From Iphione sp. A-MEVVRFRX5 (lineage: Eukaryota): 64,000 nt of DNA. The position numbers and the translations under genes are program-made. The notes below the pieces were generated by a model, which was not told where the DNA came from, did no database searches, and saw nothing but the letters and a program-made list of their open reading frames with translations. Location: assembly GCA_976226885.1 (NCBI GenBank), contig OZ320315.1:18662001-18726000 (forward strand), written 5' to 3'. Positions 48,470 to 61,034 of the stretch are shown here, piece by piece. The first letter of the stretch is position 1, and every line of letters starts with the position of its first letter.

Positions 48470-48684
48470 ATGGATAGAGCTGTGCAGGTGTACAGAGAGT
48501 ACAGCCGAATCCCTGCCATCAATAGTGCATATGTCGTGAATGCCGACACCGCTGGTAACTTCAGGGTCTACTCTAAGTGGCTCATGCATGACCTTCAGCT
48601 TCAGGCCAAGGTCAAGTTCGCACGTTACCACATCAGTCAGCCTGGCATTGTCTTCACCACATCACCCACTGACATCACATCAGA
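48470..48684 (+). CDS. APEH: Host coding exon resembling the N-terminus of acylamino-acid-releasing enzyme
   Basis: Polypyrimidine tract ttctttcctttccAG|ATG and donor GA|GTAGGT. MDRAVQVYREYSRIPAINSAYV..VYSKWLMHDLQLQAKVKFARYHI aligns by eye with vertebrate APEH EEAAALYRGLSRQPALSAACL..VHTEWTQRDLERMENIRFCRQYL. Confidence 0.75.
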
Positions 48685-49639
48685 GTAGGTATTAAGACAT
48701 GTTGTCAAGGCAAAAGTTCAAGTTAATCTGCTTAAAGGTACGAAATAGAAGTCCCTGTCTTGGGAATAAGGTCACACTTGCTCTAGCCATATTTCCTTAA
48801 GGTAGTTAGGTAATTGTTCCTTTTAGCGAATGGTGTCAGTAGAACACATGGTCACATTAGTGAAAGAAACAGCCCCTTCAATTAGGTTCTCCGTGCCAAT
48901 GGAATGTAGCCGTCAGGCTGACATGACCTCATATTTATTGCTGGTTGGCATGACCTATTTGACAACTGCAGATTTTATGGATAATGTAAGTGGAAGTACC
49001 ATAGCCTCGTCCAAATTTATATTTTCACTCTGTACTACCCATACATTACCATTTAATCCCAATAGAGGAAAACAAAATAATTGGAAATACTTATTGGTAT
49101 ACATAATATTCCCAAGCTGATACTAGATGTTATCTCCCCTTGTGGAGAATGGGCAGAGATGAATCCATTCCAAAGATTAATTGAGCCATTGATTAGATTT
49201 AATTTCCCAGACTCAACAAAGTTATTCACAAATTGATAACAACGTGCAAACTTTTTAACTACTGTCTGGAAATGGAAATTTCGAAACCATGCTATTGATA
49301 ACCATTTGATGGAATATCAAAACCTAACTTGCCAATCTCAAGATACAACATCTTGTTATGGAAATATAATCAACACGTGATGCCATAATCATATACTCAT
49401 ATGCCTCCAGGACAAAGTCTTTATCATTTGGAAGGATTAAACATGATACCTCCAGTTGGTTCACAGTTGCATCACTGAGTGGTTCATTGGCCTCGTTTCA
49501 TAGAAAACTGCCAAAAAACAAGGCTTTCACACCTATTTTGTTGCAATGGATACAATATAAATATCTGTGTAGGTTACTACTCAGTCCTAATGTTTGTAAT
49601 CACCACACATTGCCATAGTCAGACACTCATTATACAAGT

Positions 49640-50600
49640 ATACCTCTGTAAATAAAAGACCCAACGACTTCCTAGTCACAATTGATGTTTCAGCCCAGTA
49701 GACTAACACACTAACAACACATTGCAGTTCGATGGCCATTACCACCACCAGGTATCAGGAACTGCCATGGATGCCAAAGATGGCCCTGACATTTGCTAAC
49801 TTGTTCATGGGATGCCTAGAAACCAAGCTTCTTGACAACACAAACATGAAACCGATCGTGTGGCTCTGCCACATTGATAACATGTTTGCCATCTACCGGG
49901 GCAGTAAAGAAGGCGTAAGAGCATTCTTGAACTATCACAAAAACCAACATGACACAATCAAATTCTCTTATGAATACAGTCGAGATGAGGTCAACTACCT
50001 GGACACCACTGTGTACAAGAGCACCAATTAACTTGCCACATGTTTGTATAGAAATCCCACATATGCACACATCTATCCCCATTATGACAGCTACCACCCT
50101 CCAAACGAGCATAGTTCAATCCTGTACAGCCAGCTACCATGTATCAGAACAATTTGCACAAACATAGGTGACTATGACAGGGCAGCCAAGAGCATGTTGA
50201 CATTCTTCCTACAACCAGTTAGAAAAACCAACTGACATGAGCTTCTCCAGCCAAAAGTGAAAACAGAGTCCAAGTCATCTCATATGTCAGAGACTATCAC
50301 CAAGAGACTACTCTTTTGTCACCAACTTCTCAAGGGCACACATGATATTAAAACAATCAGACAGAAACAAACCTCTTACAGAAGCAGTTCATTATTGCAT
50401 ACAGGAGAGGACGCAAACAGAATTTTTCATCAAGTATTCGTGTTCTTAGAATCAGCTCTCAGTGGAAGCTGTTTCTAGCTATAACTCACCAAAATGAGAG
50501 AACATATAGAGACAATCACTTGGTATGCACACCTAGATGACGCCATCAGTTCACATTTATAGAAACGTACAAACATTGATGGCTGTTTTGCGAGGTGGCT
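49640..50600 (+). pseudogene. Decayed Penelope-like RT/GIY-YIG fragment
   Basis: LVTIDVS, ALTFANLFMGCLE, WLCHIDNMF, VNYLDTTV, SILYSQL; heavily disrupted. Confidence 0.8.
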
Positions 50601-52960
50601 TGGGTGAGATTGAACTAAATTCTTAGATTATTGTCTTTCTTTGAGTAGAAAAGACTATGAATGTTGTTCTTTGACCCAACAGGAAGTGCATACATAAGTT
50701 AGATACATAGTTTCGGTTCTGCTTCATTCTTATATGACTTTTAAACTATCGTGTGATTCCCGCACTTTCTATGCACTTTTCTTTTCTCACCCGGAAAGTT
50801 TTCTCATTTGCCATGTTTTTTTTAAACTGACCCTCATACATCAAAATTTGTCATTTATTTGTCTGGTCCAACCCAAATATGTCATAAATTGTTGAAAAAC
50901 TAACCCAAGGTTTGTTTAAAACTGACACACATGTCATAACTTTGTCAAAAACTGACCCAGATAGGTCACAATTCTGGGCTAATTCATCTCAATTGTTGAA
51001 AACTGCCTACAAAGAGCTTTACTGTTTAAACTTTGTCTAAAACCGATACACATATGTCTACAATTTGTCTTCTTTGTTGAAAAACTGACCTTCATACATT
51101 AGTATTGTTTAGGCTTTGGTTGAAAAGTTGGGTTGGTAGTGGCTAAACCTGTGGTGGAAATGTTCCAACAGGATGGCTTTATGGCAGTATCCCTTCATGT
51201 ACACTGCCAGTCACACACAGTCCGGACAGGGTAATCAGACAGGTCCTTACCTGTTAACCTGGACCTATATGAACTGGATAAGTCCATGTTCGTTCTGTCT
51301 TTTATTAATGGGATGCTACGTGACACAAGAACTGTCTTCAGTGGAGTCCAAAATAGCAGGCTTACCATTCTGGTACCCCTTATCATTGGAGGTACCTGGC
51401 TTTCTCATGGAACAGCCAGTCATACCAATTTGTAGTCAGGCCCTTTAGGTTTTCTTGACATCCAAGGCATTTCACTAAATTACCTTAGTGGCAGCTGGTT
51501 GTACTGCATGAGCAGAGACAATGCATTAAACCTATTTGGTTATATACTAATCTTCAACCTGTCAGTGAAGACATAGTTCTGCCTTAGGTCAAACTATTTT
51601 GGTCTTAATCAGAATCTGAGTTTGACACCAATGGGACTAAATCTCTCCTGTTCCAATGCAGCATCAAATTTTTCTGTGCTATTACTTGGACTCAGACTCC
51701 ATGATAATCACACCCCCCCTGCTCTAAATTGGACTAGGTCAGTTTACATATGAATAATCTTGTAAAGGGGTTCCATTCGTGTTAAGCATTTAACACCCTT
51801 TATGAGAACTCTGGATGACCTAACAAATTGACCCAACTTTGATGAGTCCTACAAGGGGGTAGAAACGAACACCTGGAGGAGACATGACAAGGTCTCAAGA
51901 CTCTGATCCTTGTTTTTTTTTCTCACTCAGCTGATATGCTTTATTTACATGCCTTGCCAAGCTAAGCCATTTCAGGCCTATGAGATTTCTATGCATACAG
52001 ATGCATGCTTTTGCTTACAGATGCATGAAAGTTGACTTGGGGAACAATAACCAGGTCAGGTTTAACACCAGAAAAATGGTTGCCTAGTGAATGATGTCAA
52101 TTTATCAGTATATTTGTGTTGGAAGCTTCTTGGCTAGGCCTTAGAATTTCATTTCTGTTTTTGGCTGATGCAACTAAGACTAGCATATGCCAAAAAGCAA
52201 AGTGGAATCCAAGTATCTAAGAAGTGTTAAATTCCCAGGGTAACCAGGGGTTCTTGGTTGACTGTCAGCCTTAACCTACTATAACACCTTTCCGAGGCAT
52301 ACAAAATCTGAAGCTGTTGGTAGTCATGGGGCTGTTATGAAGAGACTGAATGAGAACTCCTTCACTCACACTTTAAGGATATCACAGAGGCTTCAGGATT
52401 ATGGATATAATTCTTTCTCCAAACCTGACCCTCCTTCGGGTCTAAGAATATTGCATGAGTTGAGTTCTTCACCAGTTGGGAGACCAGCTCTGAATGTAAA
52501 GTTTGTAAAGACTGTCTCCTGTGATAGGAGGTATTTCTAATTAATGCGCCTCTTTCCCTTTGTTGTTAAGATCAAGGATCATTGAGAAGCCAAAATAGTA
52601 ACCAGGGAAGGCGATACTGGTGGGACCACAATCACAAGCATAGTGATGACATATGGGACTTTGTATAGATGGTTCTCAAGCCATGATCCAGTTCCCGCTC
52701 ACAGGTCACAGATAAATGCAACTCAAATTCAACCAATGTCCTTGAAATATGGGTAGCTCTTTGTAGATCAACTTCTAGACTCCTTAGAAATTCAATAGAA
52801 TAGGGAAGTTGGCTAGTTGCTCTGGCCTAAGCAGCTCAGGAGCTGCTCATTTATTGGTTGAGCACTTTTGCATTCGTTTCTGTCCTACCATTAATTGCTT
52901 AATTAATTTCTCTTAATGAACTAATTAATGATATTTTCTGTAAAGGATTCTGCAGTATGA

Positions 52961-53209
52961 GTGTATTTACAGTTCATGTTTATTGAGCATTGGCAGTATC
53001 CAAGCTTCTTCTTTGTAACATGCAGGGACTGTGGCATACAATATGTACGCCAAATGCAAAACTCGTTAGAATGCTTTGCAAACCGCAAGTCCGACATTAA
53101 ACACCAGACAGACACAACAGTAGTGAGACACTTTTCTAGCACTGCATCACACCCTGCTGGGGGCTGGTGTCGCCTCAACATTTTCAGTGCATGGGAGGGT
53201 GTTAAGTGA
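52961..53209 (+). pseudogene. Penelope-type GIY-YIG fragment
   Basis: FVTCRDCGIQYVRQ..HQTDTTVVRHF. Confidence 0.65.
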
Positions 53210-54105
53210 TCAAATCCCTCAAATATTTAAACAATGTATATGTTTCCTAATCATAGATCCATATATGTGTAGTGGTATGTACTCTAAGTATTGAAATAAC
53301 ATTAGACTACAAGTTTGATTATATGAAGAATGTATTTGAAGTATTGCGATAGGTTAGACTGGGTGATCCTACCTCTCTATATAGACATATGTAAGGACTA
53401 CAAACTTCCTATAAAATTCCTATCAACAAACTCACAAATATCTATACTTTGGATAAAATTCTCAACAAGTTCAAAAGTATGTAGTAATGTGTACTTGAGA
53501 AGTTGAAATAATTATAGAATGAATTTGGACATAGAGGGTTAGGGTGATCTTCACCCTCATATAGGAAATGTATGGACTAAGGCTTTGGTCACAGAGGGGG
53601 GGGGGGGTGACCCTCACCCTCATATAGGAAATGTATGGACTGGGTTTTGGCCAATCAGAAGGCAGCTTTCTATATAAGCAGCCAGCTCCTAGCCACTGGG
53701 AGACATTCAGATAGAAGGAGCAGACCAGTGCAGATCTACATACACCAGAGCAGTTCCTATATCAGGATTGGCCATATTGAATGTATTATTCTATAGGCCT
53801 TGCTATATTACACTTTATTGACACTGCCTTTAGACATTCACAGAAACTGTAAGGTAACATTCTGCACAAAACTTTCTGGTCTGACTCCTCTCCCTCCATT
53901 TATATTTGGTATTCTGCCATATCACACTGTTCGGGCAATTGTAAAGCTATCTGGTGATCGCTAGGTATTGCATGAGCCTCCCACGCCCTCTGTTGTTTCG
54001 GCCGGGCATTGGCTATATATATAGCGACCCAGAGCTAATAATAGGCCAGTGTACGATTGTTGCTTGCTTGGTGTGCTTGGTATATAGTAGCCGCAGAGCC
54101 TCAAT

Positions 54106-55131
54106 ATGCCTGAAACGGTCCCAGACGTGAACTCCAAAGAAGGAAACGACCTGTTAATTATGATTATCGACAAAATCAAGTCGTTGGAGGAGAAAGTCGA
54201 TAGCATGAATCTACAGGAGGGGACAAGGAAAGGCAAGAAGACTCAAACGGTGTCGGCAGTTACCACGCGGGCTGCCGCTGCCAAAATGGCCGCTCAGTCC
54301 ACGCCATCCACCAGCGCCGGTGACCAGTCCACTCAACCAGCGTCTCAGACGATTCAGGACCAGGGCATCGACCAAACATCTGACGATCCTACTTCACAGG
54401 ATGCAAGCCCTCCACCTGCCCCACAGGTCCTTAAGGCTGAGGCAGCTGACCAGATTCAGAAAATCTTCACCCAGATGTACCCTGAAGCGTTGCAAAATAT
54501 AGGTAAGAAAATTGCCAGACCCCACCCCAGTTCCTATGTTGTGTCAGGCCAATCAGACAAGATTGATGTAAGAAAATTTAGCTTCCCTCAATATGTGTCT
54601 GCCATATGTTCAATGTTGCTTGACAAATCAATTGTATACCCAGCTGACCTGTTCACTCTCATAAAACATCTCAGGGATAGTGCTGAAGAGGTCCAAGCAA
54701 GCAGCTGGCCTCCTGTTAAAGACTGGGTGGTGGAGGTCTGGCAACTTACCTCCAACGACAGACTGTCCTGGGAAGATTCACAAAGAATAGAGACTATTAA
54801 GCAAAGGGCTATCAATGCTTACTCTCGTGCTAATACAGACTCTTCACCAACATCCAGAGACAATCCAGTCCCATGCCCCAAGTGGGCACAGGGAAAATGT
54901 ACTGAACCTTCAACTCATGCTGTTGCTGATTTCTATGTTTCACATATATGTCCATTTTGCCTAATTTTGCACAACAAGACCCTCGAGCACAAGCTCGACC
55001 AGTGTCGATCACGACGACGATCACTCCAGACGATACAAGGCCAGCCCACGCAGGACAGGACGATCAACAAGACGTGGAGCCACCCGCAGAAGGACCAGCG
55101 CCAGCAGAGGAACGACACCAACGACTGGTAG
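54106..55131 (+). CDS. Ngaro gag-like ORF1 with C-terminal Cys/His finger
   Basis: FSFPQYV, WPPVKDW, CPKWAQGKC..H..HICPFC..H..C. Confidence 0.85.
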   Translation: MPETVPDVNSKEGNDLLIMIIDKIKSLEEKVDSMNLQEGTRKGKKTQTVSAVTTRAAAAKMAAQSTPSTSAGDQSTQPASQTIQDQGIDQTSDDPTSQDASPPPAPQVLKAEAADQIQKIFTQMYPEALQNIGKKIARPHPSSYVVSGQSDKIDVRKFSFPQYVSAICSMLLDKSIVYPADLFTLIKHLRDSAEEVQASSWPPVKDWVVEVWQLTSNDRLSWEDSQRIETIKQRAINAYSRANTDSSPTSRDNPVPCPKWAQGKCTEPSTHAVADFYVSHICPFCLILHNKTLEHKLDQCRSRRRSLQTIQGQPTQDRTINKTWSHPQKDQRQQRNDTNDW

Positions 55132-56963
55132 ACAACCCCCGTCTGCCACAACTAACACACGATGAATATGCTGACGATATCACGATTTTTGAATGTGCTA
55201 ATAATATGTCACATTTCCAATGTACCAATAACAGATCCCATTACCAGATGCTGTCCCACCATGTTCTGTCTTGGCCGGACCCCTCAAGCACTTGTCCCCC
55301 TCAGTTGGCTCTAATTTACAGAGCAGTCAAAGCCTCTGGCCTCCCCAACTCTCTAGAGACTCGTCTTCCCCTCCCCACTCAGTTAAATTTACATGCATGG
55401 CACCAGGTCTTCTCCCCCAATAATACCAAATCTACCATTTTTCTAGATTTTTTAGAATTCGGCTTCCCCTTAGGATACGTTGCACAGACTCTCCCACAGC
55501 CTACTCCTGTTTATCCGATTTCCCCCACTGATGAACCACACATAGAAAAATACATATGTACAGAATTAGCTTGTGGCGCCATTACTGGTCCCCTTCCAGA
55601 ACATCCCTTCCCCACCTCTCCCATATTGAACCCCATAATGACACGACCCAAGAAAAATTCGAGCGATCGCAGAGTAATATTCGACCTGTCACATTCCAAA
55701 GTTAATATAGGTATTCCCCAAAATGATTATTTCACTGTTCCCATCAAAGTCCATCTCCCTACTCCATTTGTCATTGCTGACCTAATATCCTCAAATAAAC
55801 GAGACATCTACCTAGCATCCCTCGATCTTAAAAGAGCCTACAGGTACTTCAACGTGGACCCCCTGGATTGGCCATTATTAACATTTCAGTTCAAACAGGA
55901 TATATACATGGACCTATGCCTACCCTTTGGAACCCGCTACTCCTCCCTTTTACTCCAAGAAATTTCCCAGCATATCCTCCACTGTGTCCAATTAAAATTC
56001 CCCAACGTCCACACATGGCCCTACCTGGATGACTATATACTAGCGTCCACCTCCTTTGAAGAGCTAGATCAAGCCTTTCGTTTCCTGAAGCTATTAATAT
56101 CCTCCCTTGGTCTCCAATTAGCCCACGAGAAATCTCAACCCCCGACAACTTCCTTAGTATGGTTAGGTGTTAAATTCGACACCAGCGCCCGTACTATGTC
56201 CATTCCCAAAGAAAAAGTCTCAGAATTAATCCAAACATTAACCACTATCTCATCCCAGACCTCCATCCCACTAAAAAAGGCCCAGTCATTAGTAGGGCAC
56301 ATTAACCACATTGTAAAATGCGCTCCCCCAGCCAGATACTTCATCAATTCCCTATTGGACCAGATCAGAAAGGCCACAGCCTATTCCTCCAAAACCGTCC
56401 TCCTAACTCCGCAAGTTAAGAAGGACCTAAGATGGTATTACACCTTCCTCCCCTATTTCAATGGCCTAAGGCTCATTCCACCAGTTGAGATCAAAGAACA
56501 TATATATGCGGATGCATGCTTCTCAGGAATGGGTGCTTATAGTGCCCATTATTACTACTCACAGCCAGTTCCACCCTCTTTGACCCACCTCCCTATCAGC
56601 CAGTTGGAAGCCTTTAACACAGCAGTTGCCATTTACTTATTTACCTCCCACCACAACGCTAACTTCAGAATAGAAGTACATTGCGACAACCTGGCCACTG
56701 TGTATGTCCTATCGACTGGTAGGACTAGAGATGAATTCCTAGCCAAAATATTGAGGGCTGTATGGTATAGGGCCGCCAAGCTGAATATATCTCTCTTATT
56801 TACTCACCTTCCAGGCCACCAGATGTTAATCGCAGATGCCCTGTCCCGCGCTTCAGTAGCCCCCAAGTACAAGGCAATAATGGCCAAGTTCCTCCACGAC
56901 CATCCATTCCTTCAGCCCAAATCAGTTTCCTCATCCTTAGTAGCTCATATCAATTCCTTCTGA
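54948..56963 (+). CDS. Ngaro RT-RNase H ORF (overlaps gag)
   Basis: RRVIFDLS, LDLKRAYR, LPFGTR, YLDDYI, YADACFSG, ISQLEA, HCDNLATV, ADALSR. Confidence 0.93.
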   Translation: MSILPNFAQQDPRAQARPVSITTTITPDDTRPAHAGQDDQQDVEPPAEGPAPAEERHQRLVDNPRLPQLTHDEYADDITIFECANNMSHFQCTNNRSHYQMLSHHVLSWPDPSSTCPPQLALIYRAVKASGLPNSLETRLPLPTQLNLHAWHQVFSPNNTKSTIFLDFLEFGFPLGYVAQTLPQPTPVYPISPTDEPHIEKYICTELACGAITGPLPEHPFPTSPILNPIMTRPKKNSSDRRVIFDLSHSKVNIGIPQNDYFTVPIKVHLPTPFVIADLISSNKRDIYLASLDLKRAYRYFNVDPLDWPLLTFQFKQDIYMDLCLPFGTRYSSLLLQEISQHILHCVQLKFPNVHTWPYLDDYILASTSFEELDQAFRFLKLLISSLGLQLAHEKSQPPTTSLVWLGVKFDTSARTMSIPKEKVSELIQTLTTISSQTSIPLKKAQSLVGHINHIVKCAPPARYFINSLLDQIRKATAYSSKTVLLTPQVKKDLRWYYTFLPYFNGLRLIPPVEIKEHIYADACFSGMGAYSAHYYYSQPVPPSLTHLPISQLEAFNTAVAIYLFTSHHNANFRIEVHCDNLATVYVLSTGRTRDEFLAKILRAVWYRAAKLNISLLFTHLPGHQMLIADALSRASVAPKYKAIMAKFLHDHPFLQPKSVSSSLVAHINSF

Positions 56964-57053
56964 TTCATTACAGATCCCACACTCAACGCATGCTTCAATA
57001 GGGCGGTCAAACGTCAGTTCCAGGCTGTCACCCCCAAGACTCATAAGAGAAGA

Positions 57054-57959
57054 ATGTCCCAAGCAGCCCTAGGCATTGCATTCTGTCATCACTACGAATT
57101 CCCACTTGAAAATCTCCTACCACTTCATTTGCAGATATACATAGAATATCTGGTACAACTCAGCCTCACTCCAGCAGTAATAGCGCAATACATCTCCGCC
57201 CTAAGGTTCGTCTTCCAACAGGCCCAGTTAGATTTAACCGCCATTAATTCACCCCAGGTCAAGACAGCACTCAAAGCAGTCGCCACCTCCTCCCACCACG
57301 TACCGAAACCTAAGGCCCCAATTACCATTCAGATATTAACAAATATACTGAATTATTCCCTCCAGCTCGGCCCCCTAGGCATATGTCTCAGGGCCCTGTT
57401 CTCCTTTTTATATTTTTCCCTCCTGAGGCAGAATAACATCTGCTCAGACACCCCCCAAACCTTCAACCCTCAAAGGCAGGTCACTAGGGGGGACATTATA
57501 TTTAAATCAGAGGGAATCGAACTCACCCTCAAGTCTTCCAAAACCATTAAGAGGGCCTGTCCTCGAAAAATAACCATACCCCGCCTCTCCTGTCAGATCT
57601 GCCCCGTCACCCTCATAGAGCAAATGTTGCATCTAATCCCTACCCTACACCAAGAACAGCCACTGTTTGTGGATCCACTGCATAGGAATCCATTCTCTGC
57701 ATCTAGACTTACTAACGTCTTGAGGACAATTCTGTCGAATATGTCTTTGCCGGCTCACGAATATTCGCTTCATAGCTTTAGGAGGGGTGGGGCACAGCAA
57801 CTGCAGCTAGCAGATGCCTCCGAAATGCAGATCCTAGCCCAGGGAACATGGGCTTCATTGCCCAGTGCGCTTGTATATTCAAGTCGCGCCATAGCCAGCA
57901 GACAGGCTGCACAGAAGTTTAAACAGTATTTACAACCACTCCAGACAGGGTCTGCGTAA
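57054..57959 (+). CDS. Ngaro tyrosine recombinase (frame open from 56964)
   Basis: FSLLRQNN (R), KSSKT (K), YSLHSFRRGGA (HxxR), GTWAS (W), LVY (Y). Confidence 0.93.
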   Translation: MSQAALGIAFCHHYEFPLENLLPLHLQIYIEYLVQLSLTPAVIAQYISALRFVFQQAQLDLTAINSPQVKTALKAVATSSHHVPKPKAPITIQILTNILNYSLQLGPLGICLRALFSFLYFSLLRQNNICSDTPQTFNPQRQVTRGDIIFKSEGIELTLKSSKTIKRACPRKITIPRLSCQICPVTLIEQMLHLIPTLHQEQPLFVDPLHRNPFSASRLTNVLRTILSNMSLPAHEYSLHSFRRGGAQQLQLADASEMQILAQGTWASLPSALVYSSRAIASRQAAQKFKQYLQPLQTGSA

Positions 57960-60776
57960 CACCAATACTGGCATGGTATTATTATCTTTGTATATCCTTG
58001 TGCGCTTTCAGTCTCCAGAGACTATATGTTATGCTCAGTAATGCTATCTCAAGAGATATAGGTACCAAAGGGCATGGTCACCCTTATTTGTGAATAAACA
58101 TGTATGCCATTATATGCTATTCGTTTATTGTTTCCTGTATTATTCCTTAGTTAGGGTAGGGAGCGTTAAGAGCAATAGTAAAGCTATCTGGTGATCGCTA
58201 GGTATTGCATGAGCCTCCCACGCCCTCTGTTGTTTCGGCCGGGCATTGGCTATATATATAGCGACCCAGAGCTAATAATAGGCCAGTGTACGATTGTTGC
58301 TTGCTTGGTGTGCCTTTTACCATCCCTCCCTCCCCACACATTGTATTTTGCTAGCAATCTACATTAAGGTTAATGTTTGATGTGATACTTCTTACATACA
58401 TCGTTTCATGACTCGGTCTCAAGAGATTATCCTGTGTTCCTTGTAATATTTGAATTCTTCTGTTGTTTCATGTAACAGTCTCAAGAGACTTTGTGTATTA
58501 TTGTATTATTATCTTTGTATATCCTTGTGCGCTTTCAGTCTCCAGAGACTATATGTTATGCTCAGTAATGCTATCTCAAGAGATATAGGTACCAAAGGGC
58601 ATGGTCACCCTTATTTGTGAATAAACATGTATGCCATTATATGCTATTCGTTTATTGTTTCCTGTATTATTCCTTAGTTAGGGTAGGGAGCGTTAAGAGC
58701 AATACTTGCCTTTATTCAAAACTTAGCCACTGTCAGGTGGAGACAATCACCCCTCTGGTGTTGTCTCCAATAAAACTCCATATACATTTATTCAGTTGTT
58801 CCACCTCAGTCATATTTCATATACTTAATTGGCACAAAAGAAGTCCTTTTAAGAATATATCAAGACTAGTTTATATTATTATATCTACAAGAGCAAACTA
58901 TATATATGTGACTGATTCCACCAATAGATGTACTAAAATGTATTCTCCAGGATAGGGTTTTGGTGGTGTAAATTAAATTTCAATAAATATTTTACTTCTT
59001 TTTTGCTATGGCTTGGTCTAGGGGGTATGAGGAAGGTGGCACAATATTTTTAGCACTATAAAAGTATTTCTTCCTGTAGTTTTTAATAGTCCCAGAGAAT
59101 ACCGCTGGTACATCTATCGGTGGAATTAATCATATATATCTGTAAAATAAAAGGACACAGACTACAAAAACTACATCAAGGCTAATATAATAGCTACATA
59201 GTGCAGAGACTTTGAATATACATAAAAGACTGAGAGAAGGAAACCAGGAGCTCCCACATCGTTGATCCCAGGCAAGATCTGAGGACTCCCACTTACAAGG
59301 ACACTTCCCCTCAAGTAAGTCCCTCAGGGAGCCTTCAATCGTAAATTATCCCAAGTGGCCTGAATCTGATGGCCTAATCCAGGTGGCCCTTGTGAACTCG
59401 CCATCCATATAAAAATGTCATCATAAATGGATTTACAAGAAATATCAATGGCCCCCAGGTCTGTGTACGAGCTATAGTGCATCACCACACTCTATTGCCT
59501 ATCCCCTTCCCAGACATTACTAAGTCTGGAGGTGGATACTTTTACCGCTGGTGAAATATAGACACAAACATCTATTAATCTGACTATTGTGACACCTATC
59601 ACGCTCTGTGGCTGTCACAATATGGCAGAGGTACAAACTACACCTGTACCATCAAAAAACGTAGCGCCTGATGAGACCCAATCTGCTTAAAGCCGTTAAA
59701 GGGAAAAGACACTCAGGTGTCATGTGAATTTTGGACACACTGACTCTGCTGGACCTTTCAAGTGCAGGGTATGTGGCAATGTTTAAAATCATGACTATAT
59801 ACTTCATTGTCATGTATTAAAGAGACATTCTGCCTGGGTCTAATGCTATTCCAGGTATTGTGGCACATGAGGGTATCAATAGCAAAACCTTGATGCAAAT
59901 CAAGTCAGCAGAGCTGATGCCTAGCCAACAACCATCTAAGCAACCTGCCCAGACCACGAAAGCACCAGCAACCACCACCCAGGTGCCGTCCAAAGCCCCA
60001 ACTGAGACAGCCAATGTGACAACCAAACTAAGCCAAATTATGAACAGCCTTCTAAATGTAACTAGAGTCCGGATAAAGGTGATAGTGTGTCATTAGAAAA
60101 GGTGTTCTTAAAAGGGTGAATATTGTGTAGTGTACGGATAGAAATACTTGAAGTAAAGCCTTACTATGAAATACTTTAAGTGGTGAAAACAAATTTTTGT
60201 CTGGTAAATACTCATGTTCTTCGTATCAGTGTTAAGCAGAACTTGTCTTATAAAACAGTGCAAAGCCATTGTATTTCGTGTCGAGTCACTCTGTGAACAA
60301 CAAAAATGTTATCAGTGAGCCCTTACAAGGCCCTGGATGCCAGGCACTTGTGACAGCATGATATCTAAGTCACAATGACCTATTGTGAAGTTGACATGTA
60401 ATTAATGACTATGTCCAGTTGACGTGTGGCAACTGCATTGTCACTGTAGGCAAGTAGAGAATTTAAGAGAGTAGAACCGACACTCTTATCAGACTCGCCT
60501 TCCTGTTGCTGTGTAACACAGTTGCTAATAGGCGAACGTTGTAGTGGGACTGCTTATATGGGGGGTTCAGTAGTTAAAATAGGGATATGAGACTACTGTG
60601 TGTAAAGTTTCACTGCAAATAGGATGTGATTTTTCGTGAGCTCCATAGTTCTTCATATCAGCAGTAACGGTAATCGGACCTTATGGTCATTACGAGTCTA
60701 CTTGTTTCACACAGTGTCTTAGCATGTAAACAAGATAAGGAGTATTCTATCCCTAAGCCCAACCCTGGACACGAGG

Positions 60777-61034
60777 TGTTAGTGACGTCAATATCATGAA
60801 TGTTTAAAGACTCATTGTGTACGGATGTAAGTTGAACATCTGATTAATGACCACATCCGGTCCAGTCGAGTATATAAGGTTGGCGGTCTAACGTAGCTAG
60901 CTGGACTCGCCCCAGTTGCTGTTGAAGACACTGAAGCTGTATTGTTGCTGATGAAGAATAAAGGCTGACTTGAACCTGACTTGCGGTGTTGCAATTTGTG
61001 CTACACCCATCTCTTTTGGTGCCGTGACCAGGAT
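60777..61034 (+). mobile_element. 5' LTR (about 60777-61005) and tRNA-His primer-binding site (61017-61034) of a second LTR element
   Basis: TGTT...tatataag...aataaa...ctaca. The PBS tggtgccgtgaccaggat is complementary to the 3' end of animal tRNA-His. Confidence 0.75.

Larger units (their letters stand above)
53941..58704 (+). mobile_element. Ngaro-type YR retrotransposon with split direct repeats A1-ORFs-B1-A2-spacer-B2, apparently intact
   Basis: A1 53941-54076 matches A2 58178-58313 (136 bp) and B1 57976-58177 matches B2 58503-58704 (202 bp), identical by eye. No methyltransferase domain. Confidence 0.95.

Noticed and set aside
51100-52900. Possible decayed coding element
   Set aside because: It looks coding-like, but I could not assign any family motif on either strand.
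53645-53685. CCAAT plus TATATAA promoter-like motif
   Set aside because: It is short and common, and no transcript or gene can be tied to it from sequence alone.
59150-60096. Possible further APEH exon or zinc-finger gene (FKCRVCG.., Thr/Pro-rich ORF)
   Set aside because: No similarity to the expected APEH continuation, the finger is interrupted by a stop, and there are no convincing splice sites.
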